From the NCBI GenBank assembly GCA_043228905.1, contig JBHGNT010000015.1, positions 6,076,001 to 6,140,000 of the forward strand: a DNA stretch of 64,000 nucleotides, written 5' to 3'. The stretch comes from Azolla caroliniana (taxonomy: Eukaryota; Plantae; Polypodiophyta). The notes beneath the pieces were generated by a model that did not search any database, had not been told where the DNA came from, and saw only the letters and a list, made by a program, of their open reading frames with translations. Made by a program: the position numbers and the translations under genes. Of this stretch, positions 25,135 to 37,636 are shown piece by piece; the first letter of the stretch is position 1, and each line of letters begins with the position of its first letter.

Positions 25135-28100
25135 CTAATGCTGTGGAAGTTGTGGTCTCTTTTCCACCATTTCATATTGAAGCACAAAATGGTCCTGACC
25201 AAAAAGAATAATTTATCATACGGAGGTGAGAATGGATGCAGCTGATTCAAATTGTCAAATTCACAATGATCTTTGCTTTATACCTTTCTTCCTATATCCC
25301 AAGAGTTGACATCAAAAAAGAAGTAAGATCCTCGTTCATATGTCGGTGTTGTGACAAGTGGCTCAACATTTGGCACACGTATAAACCAAGTGTGCAATTC
25401 TTTATGATAGAACCAACTCCTATTACAGCTGAAAATTCACATTTTAACTTGTATTAAAGAACTTTCACTTCTATCCGTCACTCGGTAATAAAGCATAAAT
25501 CAACGGAAACTTACAGCTCATTGGCAGCATATAATTGAGCTTCATCATTCGGCATACTGCAAACGCAAGAAAAGATAAAAATAATATATAAGTTCTGAAA
25601 ATCATTTGTCTTATGATAGAGCTTATGAATTATGTCAAAAACACAATGTTCTCCTAAAACCGAACCTGTAGAAAATATAAAATAGTGTCGCTTGCTGAAA
25701 TTTGGTAAAATACCCTGGCTGTAAAGAGGCAAAACAAAAATACCTGAGTCACTAAATGATGTTCCATATTCTCTATTGAGTACTGTGGCCAACCTGAAGT
25801 GGGGGAGCCTCGTGTACATAGCATTGGGGCAAAGTAAACTCAGGTTCACCTTTTGCAGGTCCTTCAGCCCATGGTGATGCAAAAGTACGGTACAGATTAT
25901 CCCTAGAATTAAGATTCAGTCCTAAAGTTGTAAGATCTGTACCGAGTGCTAGGGTTGTAAGATCAGGATTTGTCATCCTAATCACACCAAGTAGACCAAG
26001 TAAACTAAAGCGGTCAATTGACATGATTCGCTGTCCTTGCTCTCTCAAAGACTGTCCCATTGAAGCTATTTGCTGTTGAGCACCAAGTCTGTACTGTGAC
26101 TGGTTATGTTGTTGCTGATATTGTTGAACCAGTTGATCATATGATTCTAAGCCAGATGTGTGGCCACCACTTGACCTCAAGCTAGATATGGGAATCTGTG
26201 TACTACTTCCACCAGGTGGTCCCACAGCTTGAGGCTGCAACTTGCACAAATAAGTTAAGTTAGACAATATTTTCCATTATGTTCCTTTATTCATCAGGTA
26301 TAACATGTTACTACTACCCTTTGCATTACGTGCATTTGCTTTCATCCATATATAGCTAGCCATTGGAGGATGTAAGAAATGGAAGTGTCCTAGAAATACC
26401 TGAAATACATCAGCTGCTGAATGCATTTGCAATAAATCCAAAGAGTTGGACCCTGAAAAAGACCCAGCTGCAGAGCTAGTAGATATAATAGACGATCCCT
26501 GAGGTTGCTGAGTCTGTTGCCTGTGTGGTGCATAAGAGACACCTACATTAAAGCCTGCCGACCTTCCAATCTGCAAATGTTTCAGAGATATAATTATAAA
26601 ATGTCAATTCAAATGATTTTTTTTCAAGTTAGTGTTAATATGAGTTATAAAGTTGTTAGAAAAAGCAAAATGATAATACATTTGCACACATTATAGGTGC
26701 ATGTGTTTATCTAAGTGATATTGCGAATGAAATAGCTAAAAAAGGGCAATGTGCTGCAACAAATAAAAAAGCTGACAGATCATATTCAAAGCTATCAGTG
26801 CGGGTGCAGTGAGTTCAGTTTGTACAGATGGAGAAAAAATTTGAATTTCAAGTACAGATTCTCGATCATAGGAAGTGGAAATTGGGAACAGGCCAGATGC
26901 ACCAAATGTTGTGCATGGAAATACATTCCAGAACTGTATCATTTGGGCTCCTTGACCATCTTGGTATACATAGGTGTTCTTTTAAAGCCTATGAACAAAT
27001 ATCGTTGTCTTAACTAAAGTTCAACCACATGTTTGAGTCCTTCAATGCATTTAAGATCAACACATAAAGTCAAATGGTACGATTCTAGAGGCGACTGCCC
27101 CAGTAAAACTTTATGAATACATTACTAGAAGCACTACATCATTGGAATATAACAAATGCATGATCATTTCAATGCCAAGAGTGGCATCTATTTCTTGCTG
27201 TACAAACTCTTCAACTACAATACCGAATTCATCCCAAAATACATTTGGATGTATTTGGACTATAGAATTTGTTCATGAAAACTCAACAATAAGGGAATTC
27301 CTGAGGCGGACTTCATAGACTCTTTATCTCTGCTTTCATCCTGAATACTCTGGACGATAGACTACAGCAAAGCAGCCACCAGATCACAAACATTTTCGTT
27401 ATCCAGTGGTGACTCCTTGTGTTAACATCCTATATCTAGGGATCAACATTGACTTCATTCATCAAGTTGCCATACCAACTGGAAAGACAGATATGTGAGT
27501 ACACAATTTCTCTCACTTAAAGAGCCTAGAAACCATGCTTCGCATACCATACAATTTAAAATGAAACACTTGCAAATTTGAGGGTCCACAATTTCATCAC
27601 AGAAACAATTCTCATCTCCACTACTCCCAATAGAAGATCCTCAAGTGTGTAAGATCAGAAGGACATGAATTAATACTGTCACTGGCGTATCCATATGCAC
27701 CCATCAAGTGTATACAATGAACAAAAGAATGCATAAGAGAAGGTATGTATAAGAGTAAACATCCATAAGCATAAGAGTAGGTATGTAGTAGAGGTGCAGT
27801 AAAATTACATGTCGCATCATAAAATATAACCAGTTTGTCAAAAAGAGTAAATGTGCAAACATAAAGTGCATGTGTCAATCTGTACTTACTGCATACTGTG
27901 ATTGCATCAATGCTAGGGCATTTTCATGCTGTGGGTCTTTCTGATGTATGTCTGTTGTAAAGTCATTATTTCCACCTAACATCAGAAATTATAGTTAATC
28001 TTCATTCTGATTCCCATCAGAAATTATCTCCACTTATACATACATCGATATTCTTGCTCATACCTTTGAAACCTGGCAAAGCAGGAAAATCCTCATTCTG

Positions 28101-30349
28101 TATGCTGAATTCCTGACTTTGCTGGACAATGGGATTGACACCAACTTGCTTCCTTATTGAGGCTGTAAACCAATTTCTTCAATGATTACAAATTCACAAA
28201 GCTAGCATATATTTTGGGGAGAAGAACAGGCATGCACCTAAACCTCCCTGAGAGCCTGCTGAGCTTGGACGAGTTGATAATTGGGGGAAGTCATTTATGT
28301 CAAAAGCTGCCCCATCACTTGAGGCACCATCATTCACCAATCCCATAGATGATAATTGACCATTTCCAATGGCAGTTTGTGTTTGTGCACCATTACCAAG
28401 TGAATTAGAAAAATTGCTTCCCAAAAGTGAGACCATCTGAGGTGAGGCTGGAAGAAAACATGTTCGATTGTTGAGTACAACCTTCAATTTCATATAAAAT
28501 AGCATTTTTCAATAGCATTGTTTGCAGAAATGGAAGTACTAGTTTAACATGTCGTCATCTACATGTTGCAGCAACAACAGGTCAGTGCTTCACCCTCATG
28601 ATATTGATAGACTTCAGCAGTACATGATGGTTTCTTGGCTTACACTTTGGACAGCACATAATCTTAAAACACGTGGTCGAAGAGTTGTCTAAAGAGAAAC
28701 GCCAGAACAATTTGACTAAAAGTTCTAAAATTACTTGCATAATGGAAGTCGTGTTTATCCTTCTATGGCTGATGATTGACCATTGTATCAGATTATTTGC
28801 ACATATGAGGATCCAAGCATGTGAGAATGTGACAGTTTATCAATGTGTTTCATCTGTTTATAATAGCTTATTAAGTAAATCAACCTTAAAATCTTTAATT
28901 TCAACTATTTTGACGTTGGTAGCTTTTATGTGTAGCAAGTATATATGTATATCTGTGTATATCTATACTTTAAAAAGGTCTGAAATGTTACATTCATATG
29001 AATAAATCATAAAGCATCCTACAACTTCAAGAGATGGCTTAACATGTCAAATTCTACATAGCAACCATTTGCTCCTCGTGTAGTAAATAAATAGACAGGA
29101 ATATTTACTATATAAATATATAGATATATTATAGATAGATATATAAAAACTTTCAAGCACACAAGGTTTTAAAATCTTTGTGAACAAAATGGTCTTTGAG
29201 ATGAAAGATTTTTACCTTGTGGAAGAACATTAGTTAAAGGCCTTCCAGGACCTTGCATACCAAGTCCTCCAGATACATTGCTTGTCCCTAAATTCACCCG
29301 TGAACCACTAAAACTGGGTAAATTGAGACCAGTTCCTGAATTGATGGTCCGGCCGAGACTACCACCAACAGCCCCATTATTCATGCTACTGACTGAATTT
29401 GTTATCCGAGGACTAGCACCACTCAACATTGATGGAGAAACTCCCAAACCAGGAACTGTTCCTCTAGTATTTACAGCTCCTGAGCCTGGAGAAGTTCCTG
29501 AAACCGAACTGATAGCTCCATTCATACTGCCAGAATATACACTGCTTCCTCCAACACTAGCCCGGCTTGTCATACTGCTGTGAGCTTGCAGACCACCATG
29601 GGATATCTGCAATGAACAGAATATATGCATAGAAACATTGAATCTTCAGTATCCCAAAAAAATGAGTAATACAATAAAAAAGAAAAGCATGCCTGTGCTA
29701 AAGAAGCTGGCATGTTGTTGGTTGAAAATCGTCCTGCCGTTATGCTTCCTGAAGGTTGGTGAGCAGCACCACCTGGTGCAGTTCCAAGACCGGAATTTCT
29801 TGAAGATAATGAAGAAGGCATCATTGGCATATTGTAGTTCCCATGCACATTATGTAATCCCGGAATGCTGCCTGAATCATAGCCAATCCAAAATAATCAA
29901 TCCTGCATGCATCAAAGAATTGTAGTGACTCCCTTTAATATTAAATTCTATCCACATGCAAGGAAGCATCAGCTGATGCACACTACACAAAGAATATGTC
30001 TAAATCACCTGTCTGATGGAAAACGGGACTTGAGACTGACTGTGCAGAGAATGATGATGCAAAAGGCCTTCCTGAGCTATGAGAATCAAGCAAGTTTGGG
30101 GTTCCTGAGCTATTAAGCATGCTCTGCAATGAGGAAGAACGCATCAATTAGATATAGCCAATAATATTACTGAATATACTATACATCACAGCTATAATAA
30201 ACATGCACACCCACAATTTTATGAGATGAGTCTAGAACTAGAAATATTAAAGTCACTTCCATATAGAATGCTACGAAATGGAAGGCCCAACCTGTGAAGC
30301 CAGAATAGCCCCTTTCTGTTGATTCAGAAAAATTAACATGCCCAGACAT
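25135..30349 (-). CDS. NOT2: CCR4-NOT complex subunit NOT2 / VIP2 (NOT-box family), 12 coding exons, about 644 aa
   Basis: Exons (minus strand): 30349-30292, 29871-29693, 29606-29216, 28447-28238, 28162-28064, 27975-27890, 26570-26400, 26234-25794, 25718-25666, 25556-25515, 25428-25284, 25194-25135. Total 1935 nt, all phases compatible. Plant NOT2 motifs: GLHNVHG, FDINDFPQL, EFSIQNEDFPALPG, LGVIRMTNPDLTTLALGTDLTTLGLNLNS, TLFYIFYSMPNDEAQLYAANEL, WFYHKE, YERGSY, YEMVEKRPQLPQH*. The first exon (MSGHVN..) is the least certain. Confidence 0.93.
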
Positions 30350-32456
30350 GAATCAAATAAAGATAAACTTACTTCCATAATCTCAAGTAAATGAGTTTCT
30401 CCTCATAAATTTGACCATAAAACTGTTGGTCTGACAAAACCATGTACCAGCTGTTTATGAAGTCACAATTATGAAAAGGTATTTGACAAGCAGAAAATAT
30501 TGTGCATGGAAAGCCACAATATATGAGAAGATATCATCCAAAAAAGGAAAATTGGAATGTGGTTTTGTTTTATCTGCTTCTACAACTAGTTCATGATGTT
30601 TTATGGTCTCAGCAACACAAAAATAAACAAATAAAAGAATTTTGCAAACACACTTAAAAGACCACCAGTTTTGAAAATAATGGTGGTGAATTGGTCTTCT
30701 TTTAATATAGTCCAAACATCCTTTGTGCTGGGAGAATCATCACTGCTGATTATCTACAGGATAGACTTAATTCCTTATAGAAAAGTAGGAATTACTGCTT
30801 CATTTGCTATCTACAGACAAGACTTAAGTCCTCATAGAAAATTTTGAAACTATAAATAAACACCTTTGTTTATGTCTTTAGAGGCATAACCAAGATTCAA
30901 CTCAATCAAACAAATGCATTATATCATTTGGTAACAAGAATATCAGAAGTGAACACCCTAATCAAACACATCCAAACCTGTCTTTATCAAGATGCAGCTA
31001 TTTCTGGTCGTGCAGAGAAGAATGTTACAATTTCTCATAAAGATTTATAGGATTAATTTGCACCAGACATAACCAGAACATAATACCACAACATAGAAAT
31101 TATTGATACCACATTGGCAACGAATAGTTTACAAACTTCTCTAGCATCGTATTGAAAACATAATGATGCAATACAGCATGTCACAATGAGTCTAGTTCAG
31201 ATACTTTCTCACGGAGTAATGAAAAGGTCCTTGGAAAGACAACCAAAAAGTGCAGGCTTCATATATTATGCTGATATATTACATTTGAAAGGAAGTGAAA
31301 AAAGAAACCAACCTCTTTGGAATTTGTGTCGTGACGAAATGGGAAATACATGTTAGACTTGTGGTCATAGAAAAGACCCCTAGTTTATTCTGAGACCCAG
31401 TCTCCCAGCATCTCTGTTTTAGTTAATGTTTGTTGAAACCTAATCATTAAAGAGAATACTAGGAATCAGTGATTATAAGCATGGTCGAGATGTAAAAAAA
31501 AATATTCCACACAAATATGTTGGTGATAGCAAGACTTTAGACAAAAATGCACTATTATACGCCCTAGAATCCATCATGAAGATGTGAAATATCAGCCCAT
31601 CTTGTTCCTTGAAACTATTTGAGACAAAACACAAGCAAAAGTAAATCATTGAGACCAAAACCTAAGTAAAATGCAGACTGTTAAACCACCAGAATCCATT
31701 CTGGAGATGTGAAATTGGCATATTTAAGGTTACCAAATGGTTGTTGAAAATAATTGATGGGAAATGCAGGCAAAACTATGTGATTAAGGTTACCTAGTGT
31801 TTATTGACTCTATTTTAACTGAAATATAAACACAAGTACATCAGAAAGAAATAAACCTAAGCAAAATGAACTGTGCTAAACTCTAGAATCAATGGTGAGG
31901 ACGTGAAAATTACATATTTAAGTTTACCAGGTGTGCATTGAGACTATTTGAAGCGAAATAAAAGTAGAAAACGCCAATGAAAGTCAAACCTAGGCAAGAT
32001 GTAGTGTAGAACATCCTACAATGCACTGTGAAAAATCAATGATACAGCCAAAGTATATCAGAAATCAAGTTCTAGGCAAAAATGGACAGTACAAAACCTA
32101 GAATTCATAGTGAACGTGTGAAAGCTAAATATTTTAAGCTCAGCATAAATTCCTTGAAATCTGTTCGGATCAACATACAAGAAAAACTATATCACCGAGG
32201 ACAAGACCTTGACAGAGACCTCAAAATCCATGGTTTGTCTTACTAGATGTTCGTTAAAGATATGTCAGACAAGTGAAGTGAAATGCGAGCAATAGTTGTC
32301 AGTCAGGAGAAAAATGCACTGTACTAAACCGTTGAACCACGGTAGAGATGTGCAAAGCAGTTGTTTCCAGCTTACGAGATGCTCGTTCGAGATATTCCAA
32401 GAGAAATACAAGTCAAAAGCATGTCAGTTAGAGCAAGAAGAGATCGAACAGAAAAC

Positions 32457-32705
32457 CTGATAAGAAGCACGGCGTTGAAAGATCGAAGTGTGATGTAGGA
32501 TAAGGGTCTGCAGAAGCTCCAAGCAAAAAGTGACAGGGAAGGATCGGATCCGTAGAACTGAATCTGCTCCCTCCTCGGTAGATTTATCTAACTCCGACTT
32601 TGTTTCTGAGAGTGCGGGCACGAAAGTCTACAGAAATCTCTGTCTCTCGCTCTGATGGCGATGGCGATGGCGATGGCGAAGAGGAGGAACAGGAGGAGAG
32701 AAAAC
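32457..32705 (-). other. Probable non-coding first exon (5' UTR) of NOT2
   Basis: Pyrimidine-rich, CG-containing leader with (CGCCAT)4, ending at donor CAG|GTTTTC (32456). TSS position is approximate. Confidence 0.55.
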
Positions 32706-32910
32706 CCTTCTGTTTTATTAATCATGAGCCATCCATTCATTCATCAGTTTTTGAATATTTATGAAAATACCCTCCCCCCCCCCCCCCCCTACTACTACAA
32801 GAAAAACAAAAGAAGAGAAAAAAACTTACCAATGTGACAAAATTAACGAGCAATTAAGACATTGTATGAAACGATGAGTCTTATCTTCTATTTGAAACTG
32901 TGCAAACGCG

Positions 32911-35274
32911 ACATGTCATGTCATTGAAGTGCAATAAGTGACCTTGGTCATTTACCGCATCTGCAATTGATTTCAGCCCCTTCTTTGCTAAAAAATAAGC
33001 TTTCCTAGGCTCTTGCTCAGCTAGTGACTGTGGGAATATAGCACTTTAGTGTAAACTTTCGAGGCATAAAGAGTTCCCTAATTCTGAATTCCTACCTCTC
33101 CATTTTATGTGGTGCAATACTTCCTTCAGTGCCTTAGAAGCTTTGAGTTAAACGGACAGCCTTTGATGTGCCCGTCAAGCTTTCCAAACACTACATCTCA
33201 ATGGCTAGTATTCCATGAGCCAAATGACTTGGTTTTCAAATGATCAAACATATAAGATAGCATTCTTGCCCAAGGAAATGTTTTTTCAAAAAAAATTGGC
33301 AATAAAGTAGCTTTTCTAGCCAACATATGCAAATGCAAATTAAGAATATTTAGCCCTCCACTCAATTGTGGAGTGCATATCTTCTCTAGTGATAGGAGTC
33401 GTATACCTCTATGCGACTGCTTAGAGCACCCAAAGCTGCTTATGATTTATGAGTTAATCTTTTGTATCATGTGTTTCGGCCAACAAATCGTCATTAAGTA
33501 ATAGTGCATGTAAACCATGAATATAGATTGCACTATCCTCAATCTGGCATGGAGTGGCCATGTTGCAATCTTCCAATAGCTTAGCTTTTGTCTCACTTTT
33601 TGCAAAACCCTTTCAGCCTTTCTTTTCCCTGTTGCATTCCATCCCAATGGATAGCCAATATGTCTAACCATTTCATTTGGGCTAACAACTTGACCTAGCC
33701 ACAAAAGTTGATTGTATGGTGTCAAGGGTAGAACTTTGGACTTGTTGAAGTTAACATGCAATCCAACAGTTAATCCATACAATTTGAGGGCATCCATAAT
33801 CACCCTCATATCATTTGGATTGTTTTGTGACTGGAATGATGTATCATCTGCATATGCATGAGCCACGAAATCATGTCCATCTTTCATTTGCAAACCATGA
33901 AGTTGACCAATTGATATTGGATGATCCATGTACAATAGTAGTGGTTGAGTTGCGATTTCATACAACAATGCACTTACAGGACAACCTTATCGTACTGATT
34001 TGGCTAAACTCCATGAATCTGTCAAATCACCCTCAATAATGCATAAAGACGTGCTAGACCCATAAAGCCAATAGATTACTTGAGACATTTTTGGACCAAA
34101 TCCTAGTTTGACTATTGCGCCTGCCACAAAATCCCATTGGATGGTGTCAAAGGCCTTTTCAATGTCAATTTGCATGAGCAATACATATTGTTTGGTGATT
34201 TGGCATACTCCATTCCAATATAGGCATTAACAATATTATATGTAATTTGCCTTTGGGGAATGAACCCGTACTAGTTTACGTGAATGCCTCCCAACAAAGT
34301 GTCCTTAATACGATTAGCAATTATCTTTGCAATAAGTTTATAGATCACTAGCATGAGAGTGATTGGTCGCCAATCCAAAAAAGATTCACATAGTTTCTTT
34401 TGAGATATTAATTTGACTAAACCTTCTTTCCATGAGATCATTATAGTCTTGGGCCACATCATCGCGTTATCTGGAATCAAGTCACAAAGTTAGTACTTTC
34501 CTTAGTACCTATGCCACCTCTAGATGGAGATCGTAGGATTTAGGATTGGATGTTACAAAAAGGGAACATTGTTATTCCAATGCATAACATTACAACACAT
34601 TCAATGTATATGTTGTTGCAACTTGTCCCATGGTTTCATGAACATGCAAATGCATTATGGAACCTACACAAAATGCAGTCCTGGTGGAAAAATATGCTTA
34701 CAAGCTTATGGAGCTCTGGTCTTCCACTTAAGCAACGGGTATATTCCTATGGAGATGCCTATTAGGTGTGCTCCCAATTGGGTCGAATCTTCAAAAGAGA
34801 TCAATAGCCTCGCCACATTGTGCAAGATGTGGTGGATGATTGGAAACGGTCCCACACTTATTATGGACTTGCTCATTCACTACAACATTTGTACAAAGAC
34901 TAAGTGCATCTCTTTATGACATATTTCCTGGCCGAAGGTTTGGTAAACACTTTTGGATATTTGGACAAATTCCGTGCGCCCTATCCAACAATGCCTATTT
35001 TCTCCAATGGATACAATTTTGGGCACTATGGACCATTTGAACAACCCGTAATAATAAGGTCTTTGATCGAAACCAACTGCATGAAGTTAGCTTCTTTAAG
35101 CAATCCCTCAGGAAATCTCTATTTGATTGTCTGCAAATTTACAATCTTTACTTTGAGTGCTTTTAAGCTCTTTAGTTTCTAATCGACACTTGTATATTTT
35201 TCTTTATTCTTTGTGGGTTTTCACCTCACTTTGAGGTTTCCCACTAGTAATAAAAGTGTTATTAGAAAGAAAAA
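32911..35274 (+). mobile_element. 5'-inverted (twin-primed) L1 insertion with polyA tail and ~16-bp TSD
   Basis: Minus-strand RT segment 32911 to about 34490 (IDIEKAFD, AYADD) joined to a plus-strand zf-RVT/3' end with AATAAA and an A-tail. TSD aaactgtgcaaacgcg (32895-32910) versus aaactatgcaaaagcg (35275-35290). Confidence 0.8.
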
Positions 35275-35290
35275 AAACTATGCAAAAGCG

Positions 35291-35610
35291 GGAATTAATT
35301 ACTTGTTGCTAGTCCACATCTCTTTAGAGTGAATCCCCAAAGGCAAACAAACCCTCAATCAATATTATTCAAATGAAGAACTTTGCTAGATGTGAAAATT
35401 TAGAATGGCAACTAAGTTTCAAGATATGCCATCATCCACAATTACAGTTACATACCTCTTCCATTCTTTTTTAGTGATTGACAAGGGCAATGGTATAACA
35501 TATTAGTAGCCAATCATAAAAACAATGTCATGTCTTGTTGACAACAATCAACCCGCGATTGCTCTTCAGTTTACATACTTAAAGGGCTTTGCATCAATGT
35601 TATATTACGT
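35291..35610 (-). mobile_element. Older L1 3' fragment (continues 32830-32910); same family as 21480-21900
   Basis: Shared blocks ttgtatg.aacgatgagt.ttatctt, cttgttgctagtcca and caaatgaaga.ctttgcta. Confidence 0.7.
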
Positions 35611-35619
35611 AGTCACTAC

Positions 35620-36100
35620 CAAATAAAAAATGTTGAAGAGTTGTTAGTATTTGTACAAAGAGAGCATGAGATACGGAAAGCTTTTTTGTTGTAACCGCTG
35701 GTTGGCAAAGACATAGAACTTGAGGTCGTTGCCTCTAAGTTTCCTATTGTACTCCTACCTCTCATAGTGATAGTTTGGAGTCTGTGGGCTCCCATGGTTT
35801 TTTTCTCGATTAGGGTTTTCCATGTAAACATCTGGTGTTGTTTCATTCTGTGTAAGTGCACTAATCGTCTTATTCCTATTTTTTGTTTTCTTCCATTACG
35901 AGTTTAAGACTCGGTTGTGACCGAGCACTATTTTCACACAAAGATTTGGGTCCAGCGAGACAGATCCTAGGGATGCACATAATCTGGGACCGGTCGAAGA
36001 AGCAGTTGTGGTTGTCACAGGAAAAGTACACGACAAAGGTGCTTCAAAGGTTCAGCATGTCGAATGCTAAGCTGGTTGGGTTGACACTTCTAGCAAACTG
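35620..36100 (+). mobile_element. Copia A remnant: partial LTR fused directly to an RT fragment
   Basis: LTR homology to 44670-44914, followed at about 35940 by KDLGPARQILGMHI..LWLSQEKY. Confidence 0.8.
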
Positions 36101-37636
36101 TGTAAAAGTTAATATGTAGAAGCTTATGACAAACTGGTTCAACCATATAGCAACAGAGAGAGTATAGGTTTAATGGAAACCTTACAAGACACATGTCATA
36201 GACATGTGCCACGGAGGAAGGTAAGGGATTGAACCCAAGACCTCATGGTCTCTATTGGGCAATCCTACCAATTGAACTACCTATGCATCCTTGTACCAAA
36301 TCCAACTTCATGTAGTAGATTGAACATTGGAAGTTTCTAGCTTGCACACATTCTCATGCATTCTCCATTGCATGCATCCTCATGCATACTATATTTCTAG
36401 TTGGGTTACATAGCCCTACCTTCTTGTATAAATACTCAGGTGCACCTTGATTCTAATCAAGGTGAACAACACCAGTTACGGATTCTATAAGTTGAGTTCT
36501 TGTTCTTTTCCTCTCTCGTGTTCTAGTCTTGTCTTCTCTTTGCTCTATTATACTTGTCCGTGACAACACATATAGAGATTGGGAGAGATAGAGAGAGTAG
36601 AATAGCATAAACTATATTAAAAAAATAATACTCTGTACATAGGATGTGCTTAGTGAGCACTCTTTATACCAGTCCACAAGGGACTGATAGAAGTACTATG
36701 TACTTCAATGCTCATACAAGCGGCTAACACTAACTACGAGGACCATGACCACCTAGTACTCTAGAAGTGTAGAGGTCTCTAAACAACCTACCGCTACACA
36801 CGTGGGTCTGGCTCTCCGATCCGGCTCCTAGTTCCATATACTATCCGGATACGATCTGGCTCTGGCTTATCTAGTCGGTCCGGATCCGATTGAGCTTGCT
36901 CGCTCAACACTCCCCCTCAAGCTCAACTTGAGGTCGGATCGTGGAGTTAGTGTCTGGGGCAACCGGTTCTTTCATCCGACTCCTTCTGGCATCCTCCTGT
37001 CTCACTCGCGCTCCTCGTCCGGTTCGATTCCTCCTTTCGCAACCCGTCTAGTTTTGCGCTCCTCAACCTCCTTGGTCGGCTTGTTTGCTCGATAGGCCCA
37101 TCTCATCTCCTTCATTTTTGTGACTCCGGCACCGTCTTCAATGCCCTCTAGTTCGCTTGGCCTCCAATTCGTTCCAGCTCTTGTCCGAGTTGGTAGTCTC
37201 CAACTCGTCTTCCGTTTTCAGGCCCTTCACAACATCGGACCATGTCTGGGTCTTGGCCTTCTCGTTCAAGTCGGCTCTGTCCATCTTGAATCTATCGTTG
37301 TCTCCACTTGTTCTGACTTCTTCAGACAACTCGACTTCCTTTTTCTTCTTGTCTCCCCATGTTTTCCTGGTTTCCGTTCTGGTTCTCCCCCCTTCAGTCC
37401 TGGTTCTCCCCCTCAAGTGCGGCATGTCGAGATGTTGAAGACCAAACATTTCCAAAAAATGTTGCAATTTGTCAGTTCCAAGGGCCTTTGAGTAGATGTC
37501 GACAACCTGTCGATCCATCCGGACATAACGTAGTTCTACTTCACTGCTAAGGACCCACTCACGCACAAAGTGATAATGCACTTCTATGTGCTTCGTCCGA
37601 GCATGGACCATAGGTTTCTTGGCTAGCTACATGTTG
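36101..37636 (-). mobile_element. Ty1/Copia family B, 3' fragment (RNase H end, C-terminal extension, PPT, 3' LTR 36101-36909)
   Basis: HARTKHIEVHYHFVRE; PPT cttgagggggag at 36910-36921; LTR homologous to 52358-52784. Confidence 0.87.
36194..36565 (+). mobile_element. Solo LTR, Tcn1-like family, inserted in the Copia B LTR
   Basis: TGTCATAG...CCGTGACA; 5-bp TSD ACACA at 36189-36193 and 36566-36570; near-identical to 39512-39885. Confidence 0.95.

Noticed and set aside
27290-27480. Possible poison exon in the long NOT2 intron
   Set aside because: There is a good acceptor (TCTTTCCAG) but no clear donor and no other evidence.
35620-35940. 5' LTR partner of Copia A copy 2
   Set aside because: Clearly diverged from 44383-44914, has no PBS and is fused to RT sequence.
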